A stretch of DNA of 64,000 bases from Candidatus Latescibacterota bacterium (GCA_965204375.1 OZ241986.1:4288001-4352000); one strand, 5' to 3'. Shown: positions 19,649-28,480, numbered from the stretch's first letter. Notes: generated from the sequence alone by a model not told the origin. Translations and numbers: made by a program.

Positions 19649-20006
19649 CTTTCGGAAGCATTTAAAACTGCTGTTGTCAAAGCGCAAAAGTAGGGCATTT
19701 TAGAAGAAGAAATTTTTCAATTTTTGGAAGACGTGATTGACAACCGAGCAGCAGATCAAGCGTTAAAAGAAATGGAACGCACAGGGAAGAAGGTCAAATT
19801 ATCCAATAAGATTTTGGAAAAACTCGGCAAACTATGTCAAGCTGGCGGGTACGAAACCGTCGCGCAAGGTTTGGAACATGCTATTGACCATCATCTATTA
19901 GAACTGCGCCGTCAAAGAACAGAAAAATAAGAAAAAAATTACAAGAAAAAAATTTGACTGAGGATGAAATTCTCAAAGACTTTGAAATATTTCGAGAGAA
20001 TTTGAG
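19649..20006 (+). pseudogene. Chimeric remnant of two antitoxin-like genes
   Basis: About 19649-19787 matches 27930-28068 (with CAG>TAG stop); about 19798-20006 matches 25317-25537 with a small deletion. Confidence 0.8.
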
Positions 20007-20115
20007 GCAAGGGAATGCCGCGATCTTATAGACATTGAAGACATTCAAACTATTACGACACAAGATTTACTAACCGTCATAGCCACAAATGAATAGTCAA
20101 AATGTGTTTCCGCTC

Positions 20116-20225
20116 AGATTTGATAAACGCCCTGCCTTAAAAAACAAAGGCGCAGTTCCAAGATAGAGGAACTGCGCCCATTTTATATACCCGGCATCAC
20201 CTTTACATACGGCGGGGCTAACCTC
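20116..20225 (+). repeat. Duplicated block: terminator hairpin plus fragment of the FAD-oxidoreductase gene, copy 1
   Basis: GATTTGATAAACGCCCTGCC...GCGCAGTTCC/GGAACTGCGC...CCCGGCATCACCTTTACATACGGCGG; matches 25544-25657 and, in part, 29616-29653. Confidence 0.85.
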
Positions 20226-20495
20226 TAAGACGAATTTCACTCGCACACTCATCGCTCAAACCCTGCTGCTCCGGTTGACTTCTGTAACGTCCAAAAGAGG
20301 ATGCGAGGATGCCGAAATCCTCGGAGAAGGCCACGTATACCCCAGTACGTGGCCTTCTATACGTGTGAGTCAGAGCAAAAATAATATTATTTTTGTTTTT
20401 GGGGTTGACAAGTTAGTTTTTTTCCCGAAATTTTGCCAATTAGGTCAGGAGAAATAAGATTTGAACGCCTCCTCGTCTAAGAGAAAGGAAGAAAT

Positions 20496-21089
20496 ATGCT
20501 ACTAAGTATCATTGTATTTGGTGTTATTGCTACAAGCGTAACCTCGCTTGTTTTGGCGATTTTAATCATCTACCAACAATGGCCGTATTTTTCGATGCAT
20601 AAGACGGCAGGATGGAATGATAATGAAGTCGCTACGAATTACTTCACCGAATTATTGGATACAGCCGAACATAAAATAAGTATCTCGGATCACGGCAACG
20701 TGATGGACGGGTCTATATATCAGAATGATGCTGTGATTGAGAAAGTGGAAATGAAGCTAAAGGACTATCCGGACTTTGTGATAGAATGTGGCTTTACTTC
20801 CGAAGATCGTAATAAGTTTAGGGAGAAATTTGAAAACCACCCACGAGTAAATATCAAACAAAGAGAGGAACCAGATTTAGACTTTCCTCATTACAAAATT
20901 ACTGACAACGGCAAAAAAGCCCATTTGTCGTGTCACGATTTGGGATCTAATAATCGAAACGTCCAGTATTATGATTTTTCAGAAGTAAAAATCCGCCGAG
21001 GACAGACTGACGTAATAGATAAACACATCGGTGAATATCTTAAAGATATAAAACTTATATTTTCGCCTCTTGGGAGCCAGAATGCCTGA
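20496..21089 (+). CDS. N-terminally TM-anchored PLD-like-fold protein
   Basis: TM helix, then FTELLDTAEHKISI and PHYKITDNG, a variant HxK motif of PLD/Nuc folds. Confidence 0.5.
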   Translation: MLLSIIVFGVIATSVTSLVLAILIIYQQWPYFSMHKTAGWNDNEVATNYFTELLDTAEHKISISDHGNVMDGSIYQNDAVIEKVEMKLKDYPDFVIECGFTSEDRNKFREKFENHPRVNIKQREEPDLDFPHYKITDNGKKAHLSCHDLGSNNRNVQYYDFSEVKIRRGQTDVIDKHIGEYLKDIKLIFSPLGSQNA

Positions 21090-21399
21090 TGTGACAGCAT
21101 GGGATGCAATTCCAATTCATCTAATAATAAGTTTTTTTGGATTCTTCACGCTAACATCATTATTTTCAGCATGGACAGATTCTTTTTATGGCAAAAAAGT
21201 TTTCAAAATAGTAGTAGGGATAAACATCGCTATATCTGTTTTTTTTTGGATTGCCATTATGATCCATAGCATTGGGGAGATACAGCAAATGGATTCGTTC
21301 TACCACATACACAATATCTCTTTTGTTTTATTTTCCTATGCTTGGAGCTTGGCTTTATGTCCAGTAGTTTTGTTTTGGCTTGAACTTCGCAGAATATAG
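21082..21399 (+). CDS. Small 3-TM membrane protein, translationally coupled to the upstream gene
   Basis: ATGCCTGA start/stop overlap; three hydrophobic segments. Confidence 0.65.
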   Translation: MPDVTAWDAIPIHLIISFFGFFTLTSLFSAWTDSFYGKKVFKIVVGINIAISVFFWIAIMIHSIGEIQQMDSFYHIHNISFVLFSYAWSLALCPVVLFWLELRRI

Positions 21400-21485
21400 T
21401 AACCGTCATAGCTACATAGGTCGCCTGAAGGTGCGCTGTTTCGGCCTTAATCCTGCCAAAAAATAGGGTGCATGCATAAAAAAAT

Positions 21486-21562
21486 TTGATCACCTACGAC
21501 ATACTCTGTCATATCTCTTGTTTATCTTTGAGACGCATTCCTTGCAATGCGTCTCTTTTTTT
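21486..21562 (+). promoter_or_regulatory. Putative WYL box/promoter plus hairpin terminator, copy 2
   Basis: GACA-TACTC-TGTC (21498-21510), 12 nt, TATCTT (21523-21528), GAGACGCATT/AATGCGTCTC hairpin with T-run. Confidence 0.7.
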
Positions 21563-21591
21563 AAAATCCATTTAAACAAAGCAGGTGAACC

Positions 21592-23046
21592 ATGACAAGA
21601 CACTATCTCTCCAAATCGAAAATCATGGCGGGGTGTCAGTGTGAGAAGCGTTTGTGGCTGGAGGTGTATCGGTCCGACCTCATTGAATACGGCTCCGATG
21701 TCGAGCAGCGATTTGCGGTGGGCGAGGATGTCAACGATGTAGCTCGCGCTCAATATCCGGACGGGGTACTTGTCTCCTACGATCCTGGACCGGAGGCTGC
21801 GGTAGAGGAAACCCGGCGTCTGCTTGCAGAACAGCCCGATACACCGATCTTCGAGGCCACCTTCAAAGCGCAGGGTGTTCTGGTCCGTGTGGATATCCTC
21901 AACCCGTGCCGCGAAGGCTATGAACTCATCGAAGTAAAATCCAGCACCTCAGTCAAAGATCATTATTGCGAAGATAGTGCCGTGCAAACCTGGGTCCTGG
22001 AATGCGCGGGCATCCCGGTCAAAGCGATCTATCTTTGTCACATCAACAATCAATTCGTCTATCCCGGCAACGGCGATTACCAGGGACTGTTCCACTATGA
22101 AAACATCACGGAAGAGGTACGGGAACTGAGCAGAGAAGTTCCGCAATGGGTGCATCGCTACAGAGAAATGCTCAGTGGCAACGAACCCGAAATCGAAATC
22201 GGACCCCAATGCACGGATCCCTATCCCTGTCCCTTTATCGAATATTGTCGCGGCGAAGAGACCGAGTATCCGCTACGACACCTGCCTCGTATTTCCCGTC
22301 AGCGCATAGACGCCCTGACCGCTGAAGGCATTGAAGACATCCGCGACATACCTGAAGGCCGATTGAGCAGTGCCACACAAGAATGGGTACGACGTATCAC
22401 GATTGCGGGCGAGTCAGAACTAAAACCGGAGGCTGCTGAGGTCGGCGAATATGGTTATCCGCGCTACTACCTCGACTTTGAGACCATCCAATTCGCGGTA
22501 CCCATCTGGGAAGGCACACGCCCTTACCAGGCATTGCCATTTCAATGGTCCTGCCACATTGAACTTGCCAGCGGAGAGTTTCAGCACGAAGCATATCTTG
22601 ACACCAGCGGCAACTCGCCAATGCGTGCCTGTGCGGAATCCCTTATAGAAGTCATAGGCAAGAAAGGCCCAATTTTCGCTTATGGAAGCTATGAAAAAAC
22701 TGTCTTAAATGCCCTGATAGCCCGCTACCCCGATCTTGCCGAGGAACTGCACAAATTGACGGACCGACTCGTGGACCTTCTCTCCATCGTGCGGAAGACG
22801 TATTATCACCCCGACATGCTCGGCTCGTGGTCAATCAAGAACGTATTGCCCACAGTAGCACCACATCTCAACTATGGATCGCTCGGTGATGTGCAGGACG
22901 GAAGCGCGGCGGGAACGGCCTATTTACAAATCATCAACCCGGAAACTGATCCCTTCGAACGCCAACGGCTGGTAAGCGAGTTATTAGCTTATTGCGAGCA
23001 CGACACCCTGGCACTGGTGGAACTCGTGAAATATCTTTCGAAATGA
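21592..23046 (+). CDS. DUF2779-type protein: Cas4/RecB-like PD-(D/E)XK nuclease fused to an RNase H-like exonuclease domain (paralog 1)
   Basis: LSKSK...QCEKRLWL, RVDIL...IEVKS, C..PYPCPFIEYC, YLDFET, PFQWS.H, SWSIK.VLP, YCEHDTLA. Confidence 0.85.
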   Translation: MTRHYLSKSKIMAGCQCEKRLWLEVYRSDLIEYGSDVEQRFAVGEDVNDVARAQYPDGVLVSYDPGPEAAVEETRRLLAEQPDTPIFEATFKAQGVLVRVDILNPCREGYELIEVKSSTSVKDHYCEDSAVQTWVLECAGIPVKAIYLCHINNQFVYPGNGDYQGLFHYENITEEVRELSREVPQWVHRYREMLSGNEPEIEIGPQCTDPYPCPFIEYCRGEETEYPLRHLPRISRQRIDALTAEGIEDIRDIPEGRLSSATQEWVRRITIAGESELKPEAAEVGEYGYPRYYLDFETIQFAVPIWEGTRPYQALPFQWSCHIELASGEFQHEAYLDTSGNSPMRACAESLIEVIGKKGPIFAYGSYEKTVLNALIARYPDLAEELHKLTDRLVDLLSIVRKTYYHPDMLGSWSIKNVLPTVAPHLNYGSLGDVQDGSAAGTAYLQIINPETDPFERQRLVSELLAYCEHDTLALVELVKYLSK

Positions 23047-23218
23047 TCCGGGTGAATTCTCTTGAAGAAATTGTTTGCTTTGGCTACATTTATTTTACTG
23101 TAATTTTAGCTTGTTCATGAGAGTTTTTTGCTTATATTTATTGAGTTTATGCATTATTTTGCTTCAAAATCATCTTGTTTGAGATAGTTTTGCTTTTCAT
23201 TGTAACCGGAGGAGAGTT

Positions 23219-23407
23219 ATGTCCCAAAGTCAGCCCCGGAATGAACCAGCTACACAACAGGATCTGGAAGCCCTGTTTCTCCGTATTCCCAAACCCGAAG
23301 ATTTTGAGTTGTCCCCTCAAGAAAAACGGGCACTTGAGGATCTTTTAGCATGGGAAAAAAGGTCTGCAAAAATGCATTGGATTCTGGGACAACCTACGGA
23401 AAAATGA
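23219..23407 (+). CDS. Small hypothetical protein, 62 aa
   Basis: Strong GGAGGAG RBS; directly upstream of the papain-like gene. Confidence 0.55.
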   Translation: MSQSQPRNEPATQQDLEALFLRIPKPEDFELSPQEKRALEDLLAWEKRSAKMHWILGQPTEK

Positions 23408-23465
23408 GTCATCACTAAATCGCAGCCAAAAATCAAAAAGTCTCGTAAAAAATTACGAGGCTTTT

Positions 23466-25163
23466 TTGATGTATAAAAATAAGGACCCGCCTGTGAAAGA
23501 CACCTTTGCAAAAGAACAAAAACTATTAAAATCCTGCCAAGCTCCTTTTTCGTTTTATCAACTTGTAGAAGACCTCTGGCACCCGAAAAGCAATAGCGGA
23601 TCAGATCCCATGAGTCGTCTATGTACGCTAATGAGAAAGATGAAGGTCAAATCGTTCATTAAGGAAGAATTAGAATTAAACGAGGAATTATTAGAAGAAC
23701 AGGCTATGGCCACCAAACGATGTAAACAAAAGGTAAGCCTCACTGCGACACGCCTGACATTCTTTCGATCATTGCCTTCTCCTCCTAAATGGAACGATCC
23801 AGATAAGTTACCGGACGATCATCTCTTAGGATACGCTGTGATAGCAACACTTGAACTACCTGACGATGAATACAGAACTTACCTATTGGAATCCGTAGTT
23901 CGACCTCCCTCCATCTGGATACGTGATGCAGAAGATCGCATTTCCATTGAACCCATCACGAATTACTACGTACATAACAGAAAAACTTTTGAGACAAATA
24001 TCGGTACAAAAGAAAATTCGAGAACCTTTACTCTGACCGGCAGTTTTTTCGCCCAACAGAACGATATCACCCACGTCTGTGCCCATGCCGCCTTGAGAAC
24101 GGCAATCAATAGCTCATCTACGCTCAATACTGAAAAACTCACAAACCAAAAGATCAATGAGATTCTGGGAATTGATTTCAGCAGCCCCGAAAAATGCGTA
24201 GGTCATATAGATGGTGATCCGCCAGGAACCAAAGAAGGGTTGGAGATTCAAGAGTTAGAGGAAGTCATTCGCCAATTGGGTGGGAGAACAATATCAGCAG
24301 ATTTTGCAGAAAATACTTCGGTAGAATACGACCAATTTATCTATCCATTTGTCGAGTCTGCCTGTCCTGTAATACTGGGAATAGAAGGTTGGAATTTTAA
24401 TAGGTCCAGACCTTCAAGAATTAGCCATGCTGTTTCCGTTTTGGGACATACACTCAATTCAGATAGATGGGAACCGGAAGCCCGCTCTGGATATGGCAGA
24501 TTTCCAGCGGAATCTTATACACCAATCACTGGCTGGGTTGGACACTATATCATCAATGATGATAACTTTGGTATGTATGTGACTTTGCCGTCTGATATGC
24601 TGAGAAACTACCTTGTTCCGTCAAAAAATCCCAACTTACACGCTACAAGAGCAGTTGCCATAGTCCCTTCTGATGTGCAGCTCTCTGGCCTGTCCGCAGA
24701 ACGCATGGCTGTATGGATTGCTCAATCTCTAATTGAAGGTCTAAAAGAATCATCGCCTGTTATTTGGCTTGAAAGATTAGCCCAACAATCTAACAGCATA
24801 GTGAGTCGAACGCTACTTCAAACCAAAGCATCCTATAGACAATACATTGATGGTCTCGTTCAAAGGGACCAAGTAACATTAACTCCAGAAATTAGACAGA
24901 GATTCGAGAATATGCCAGAACATATCTGGGTATCTGAAATTACCTTACCTCATCTTTACACTGGCAATAAACACAAGCTCGGCGATGTAATCATTGACGC
25001 AAATGCTACTGATGAGGAACATAGCGCGGTTGAAAGTTTTGAATTAGCCTGGTTTCCGGGCTTCATATATTTTGGATCAGATCACCAGATTTTTCCCTGG
25101 GATGTGCATACTCATGTGCCACTTATAAGAGAAGAGGAGACAATTCCTCTACTCGAATGGTAA
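23466..25163 (+). CDS. Large protein with a papain-like (C39-like) cysteine-peptidase domain
   Basis: FAQQ.....VCAHAAL (Gln/Cys), SHAVSVLGH (His), IINDDNFGMY (Asp); true start uncertain. Confidence 0.6.
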   Translation: MMYKNKDPPVKDTFAKEQKLLKSCQAPFSFYQLVEDLWHPKSNSGSDPMSRLCTLMRKMKVKSFIKEELELNEELLEEQAMATKRCKQKVSLTATRLTFFRSLPSPPKWNDPDKLPDDHLLGYAVIATLELPDDEYRTYLLESVVRPPSIWIRDAEDRISIEPITNYYVHNRKTFETNIGTKENSRTFTLTGSFFAQQNDITHVCAHAALRTAINSSSTLNTEKLTNQKINEILGIDFSSPEKCVGHIDGDPPGTKEGLEIQELEEVIRQLGGRTISADFAENTSVEYDQFIYPFVESACPVILGIEGWNFNRSRPSRISHAVSVLGHTLNSDRWEPEARSGYGRFPAESYTPITGWVGHYIINDDNFGMYVTLPSDMLRNYLVPSKNPNLHATRAVAIVPSDVQLSGLSAERMAVWIAQSLIEGLKESSPVIWLERLAQQSNSIVSRTLLQTKASYRQYIDGLVQRDQVTLTPEIRQRFENMPEHIWVSEITLPHLYTGNKHKLGDVIIDANATDEEHSAVESFELAWFPGFIYFGSDHQIFPWDVHTHVPLIREEETIPLLEW

Positions 25164-25301
25164 TATTATCTTTTTGATCTCATTATGATACCCATGCCAA
25201 ACAAAGGAATCTCCAATTTATGAGGATATGCAGGATACTCTTGAGCGCAAAAAATCTGGTCAGTTGAAATTTTATACGCATGAGACAATGAGGAATTATT
25301 A

Positions 25302-25550
25302 ATGGAAACGATCCGATTGTCCAATGAGATTTTGGAAAAACTCGGCAAACTATGTCAAGCTGGCGGGTATGAAACCATCGCGCAAGGTTTGGAACATGCT
25401 ATTGACCATCATCTATTAGAACTACGCCGTCAAAGAGCAGAAAAAAGAGGCAAAAAAATAAGAAAAAAATTACAAGAAAAAAATTTGACTGAGGATGAAA
25501 TTCTCAAAGACTTTGAAATATTTCGAGAAAATTTGACGCACCCGATTTGA
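25302..25550 (+). CDS. Orphan antitoxin-like protein (RHH-like N-terminus)
   Basis: GAGG RBS; strand-helix-helix pattern and LTEDEIL tail; no toxin follows. Confidence 0.5.
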   Translation: METIRLSNEILEKLGKLCQAGGYETIAQGLEHAIDHHLLELRRQRAEKRGKKIRKKLQEKNLTEDEILKDFEIFRENLTHPI

Positions 25551-25657
25551 TAAACGCCCTGCCTTAAAAAACAAAGACGCAGTTCCAAGGTAGAGGAACT
25601 GCGCCCATTTTATGCCCGGCATCACCTTTACATACGGCGGTGCCAAAGTCGATACCC
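25544..25657 (+). repeat. Duplicated block: terminator hairpin plus FAD-oxidoreductase gene fragment, copy 2
   Basis: 25615-25650 matches 29618-29653 except at two third-codon positions. Confidence 0.85.
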
Positions 25658-25665
25658 TCGTGTGT

Positions 25666-25848
25666 TTACGAGGCTCTTTTCGGATAGACGACACGTAGCT
25701 GAGTCATATCGCAGTCATCAAGCATAAGAGTATCGGGATCGTCTTTTATTGCTTTGTCGATCTCCTCATCTGTCACGCGATCCAAATAATCAAAGTCTGT
25801 CCGCGACTTCTCGCTTTTAGACTTTCGACCAGAAAAGCTCTCGTTCAT
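25666..25848 (-). pseudogene. BrnA-like antitoxin N-terminal fragment
   Basis: SRTDFDYLDRVTDEEIDKAIKDDPD resembles BrnA N-termini; C-terminal RHH absent. Confidence 0.5.
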
Positions 25849-25874
25849 TTTTTTGCCCTCCTCGCAATAGTCAC

Positions 25875-26060
25875 CTATCTTTTGCCAGGTTGTTTCGCCA
25901 GATGCGCCTGAGTCATATCATGCGCCCGGCGCAAGTCCTTTAAGGTCATATAGGTAGCTTGAAGATGCGCTGTTTCGGTCTTAATCCGCGCCTGTCTCTC
26001 AGGAGGCAGAGACGCTATTTTTTTTTGTAGGGAAGTTCCCATCAGATGTTTCCTTTCCAT
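25875..26060 (-). pseudogene. Truncated XRE-HTH antitoxin
   Basis: LPPERQARI...TLKDLRRAHDMTQAHLAK ends inside the HTH; a smaller piece recurs at about 21415-21453. Confidence 0.6.
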
Positions 26061-26202
26061 TATCTCAATATAGTTTCAGAGCGATATAGCTTCAAGACAA
26101 TAATAAAAAGGACATCATTGTCGTATGAGAACGCGAGATAAACTCGATCCAGATAAATTGTAGCGAAATTTGTGCCAAAAATATGGTGAATACGTAAAAA
26201 AT

Positions 26203-26280
26203 CTGACCACCTGCGACATACCCTGTCACCCCTTCTGTTTATCTTTTAGGCGCATTCATTGCAATGCATATCTTTTTTCT
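26203..26280 (+). promoter_or_regulatory. Putative WYL box/promoter, copy 3 (hairpin degenerate)
   Basis: GACA-TACCC-TGTC (26215-26227), 12 nt, TATCTT (26240-26245). Confidence 0.68.
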
Positions 26281-26309
26281 AAAGCCCACTTAAACAAAGC
26301 AGGTGAACC

Positions 26310-27773
26310 ATGACAACACATTACCTCTCCAAATCGAAAATCATGGCGGGTCGCCAGTGTGAGAAACGTCTGTGGCTGGAGGTGTATCGGTCCGACCTCA
26401 TCGAATATGGCTCCGATGTTGAGCAGCACTTTGCTGTGGGCGATGACGTCAACGATATGGCTCGCGCCCAATATCCGGACGGCGTACTCGTCTCCTACGA
26501 TCATGGACCGGAGGCTGCGGTAGAGGAAACCCGGCGTCTGATGGCAGAACATCCTGGTAAGCCAATCTTTGAGGCCACCTTCAAAGCGCATGATGTTCTG
26601 GTCCGTGTAGATATCCTCAGGCCATGCCGCGAAGGCTATGAACTCATCGAAGTAAAATCCAGCACCTCGGTCAAAGATCATCATCGCGCAGATAGTGCAG
26701 TGCAGACCTGGGTGCTAAAATCCGCAGGCATCTCGGTCAAAGCGATCTATCTTTGTCACATCGATAGGCAATTCGTATATCCCGGCAACGGCGATTACCG
26801 GGGTCTGTTCCACTATGAAAACATCACGGAACAAGTGCGAGAACTGAGCCGTGCAGTCCCACAATGGGTGCATCGCTACAGAGAAATGCTCAACCGCGAC
26901 GAACCCGAAATCGAAACCGGATCCCAATGCACGGGTCCCTATCCCTGCCCCTTTATCGAATATTGTCGCGGCGAAAAAACCGGGTATCCACTACGACACC
27001 TGCCTCGGATTTCTCATCAACTCATAGACGCCCTGACTGCTGAAGGCATTGAAGACATCCGCGACATACCTGAAGGCCGCTTGAGCAGTGTCACACAAGA
27101 ATGGGTACGACGTGTCACGATTGCGGGCGAGCCGGAACTAAAGCCGGAGGCTGCGGAGGTCGGCGAATATGGTTATCCGCGCTACTATCTCGACTTTGAG
27201 ACCATCCAATTCGCGGTTCCTATCTGGAAAGGCACACGCCCTTACCAGGCATTGCCATTTCAATGGTCCTGCCACATTGAACTTGCCAGCGGTGAGCTTC
27301 GGCACGAAGAATATCTTGACACCATTGGCAAACCACCGATGCTTACCTGTGCGGAATCGCTGATCGAAATCATAGGAGAGGAAGGGCCGATCTTCACTTA
27401 TGGGCACTTTGAAAAGGGGGGCTTGAATGCCCTTGCAGCCCGCTACCCCCATCTCGCCGACGATCTGCACAAATTGACGGAACGACTCGTAGATCTCCTT
27501 CCCATCATGCGGAGAACTTACTATCACCCCGATATGCTCGGCTCGTGGTCGCTCAAAGACGTGTTGCCCACAATAGCACCGCATCTCGACTATGGATCGC
27601 TCGGTGACGTACAGGACGGAAACGCGGCGGGAACTGCCTATTTACAGATCATCAACCCTGAGACTATTGCCGCCGAGCGCGAACGTTTGACGCACGAGTT
27701 GCTGGCTTATTGCAAGCGCGACACCCTGGCACTGGTAGAACTCGTGACGTATCTTTCGCAAGGATCCGGATGA
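26310..27773 (+). CDS. DUF2779-type Cas4-like/RNase H-like nuclease (paralog 2)
   Basis: Same motifs as, and colinear with, 21592-23046; flanking sequence is also duplicated. Confidence 0.85.
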   Translation: MTTHYLSKSKIMAGRQCEKRLWLEVYRSDLIEYGSDVEQHFAVGDDVNDMARAQYPDGVLVSYDHGPEAAVEETRRLMAEHPGKPIFEATFKAHDVLVRVDILRPCREGYELIEVKSSTSVKDHHRADSAVQTWVLKSAGISVKAIYLCHIDRQFVYPGNGDYRGLFHYENITEQVRELSRAVPQWVHRYREMLNRDEPEIETGSQCTGPYPCPFIEYCRGEKTGYPLRHLPRISHQLIDALTAEGIEDIRDIPEGRLSSVTQEWVRRVTIAGEPELKPEAAEVGEYGYPRYYLDFETIQFAVPIWKGTRPYQALPFQWSCHIELASGELRHEEYLDTIGKPPMLTCAESLIEIIGEEGPIFTYGHFEKGGLNALAARYPHLADDLHKLTERLVDLLPIMRRTYYHPDMLGSWSLKDVLPTIAPHLDYGSLGDVQDGNAAGTAYLQIINPETIAAERERLTHELLAYCKRDTLALVELVTYLSQGSG

Positions 27774-27851
27774 ATTCTCTTGAAGAATCTGTTTGCATTG
27801 GCTACATTTGTTGCAAAGATCATTCCACTATTCTTCTGAAGGAGTATCTCA

Positions 27852-28115
27852 ATGGCCGTTTCGACCCCCATTGATGTGCCAGAATCTTGTCCAACAATAG
27901 CCAAGAAACCCGAAAATATACAAAAAGAACTTTGGGAAGCATTTGAGAGTGCTGTTGTAAAAGCGCAAAAGCAGGGCATTCCAGAAGAAGAAATTTTTCA
28001 ATTTTTGGAAGACGTGATTGACAATCGAGCAGCAGATCAAGCATTAAAAGAAATGGAACGCACAGGGGAAAAACCCATTCCATGGGCAAAAGTCAAAAAG
28101 GAAGCGGGACTATAG
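27852..28115 (+). CDS. RelB-like antitoxin
   Basis: LEDVID.RAADQALKE...IPWAKVKKEAGL tail; upstream of RelE. Confidence 0.75.
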   Translation: MAVSTPIDVPESCPTIAKKPENIQKELWEAFESAVVKAQKQGIPEEEIFQFLEDVIDNRAADQALKEMERTGEKPIPWAKVKKEAGL

Positions 28116-28369
28116 CTTACACAATCGACTTCACACGCCGTTCACGCAGACAATTTTTAAAATTACCTGCCCAGATCCAACATCGGATTCAACCCCATAT
28201 TGATGCCCTGGAAACAGAGCCTCGCCCATCTGGATGTATTAAACTCAAAAGATTCTCTGACCGCTATCGAATCCGTGTTGGTGCATACCGCATCATTTAC
28301 GAAATTCAAGATGAGATTCTTGTTATACTTGTAGTGGAAATAGGCCACCGACGCGATATCTATCGGTAA
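28082..28369 (+). CDS. relE: RelE/ParE-family toxin (expected start at 28112 reads ATA)
   Basis: YTIDF...PRPSGCIKL...YRIRVGAYRIIYEI.D..LVILVVEIGHRRDIYR. Confidence 0.88.
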   Translation: MGKSQKGSGTIAYTIDFTRRSRRQFLKLPAQIQHRIQPHIDALETEPRPSGCIKLKRFSDRYRIRVGAYRIIYEIQDEILVILVVEIGHRRDIYR

Positions 28370-28384
28370 TCCTTCATTCTTTTA

Positions 28385-28420
28385 GGAGGTGACAACACAA
28401 CGTCACCTCCTCTTTTCTTT
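28385..28420 (+). terminator. Intrinsic terminator after relE
   Basis: GGAGGTGAC/GTCACCTCC stem with T-rich tail. Confidence 0.7.
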
Positions 28421-28480
28421 GCCTTGACAGCGGGAACAAACTGTATTAGGATGCGTCCTGATATTCACAGGAGAAACAGA

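Larger units (their letters stand above)
12030..28420. mobile_element. tRNA-Leu-anchored accessory/defence-like island (no integrase visible)
   Basis: Starts after the tRNA; WYL, nucleases, TA remnants, internal duplications; host C-rich skew is lost over 16.6-28.4 kb. Confidence 0.65.

Noticed and set aside
19724-19930. 68-aa ORF as a real gene
   Set aside because: It is an in-frame fusion of two decayed antitoxin duplicates, with an upstream nonsense change
21592-23046. Calling the DUF2779 proteins Cas4 of a CRISPR system
   Set aside because: Only the fold is shared; there is an extra exonuclease domain and no cas1/cas2 or array
26162-26177. Minus-strand sigma-54 promoter TGGCACAAATTTCGCT
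   Set aside because: Imperfect -12 element, and it points at a truncated gene
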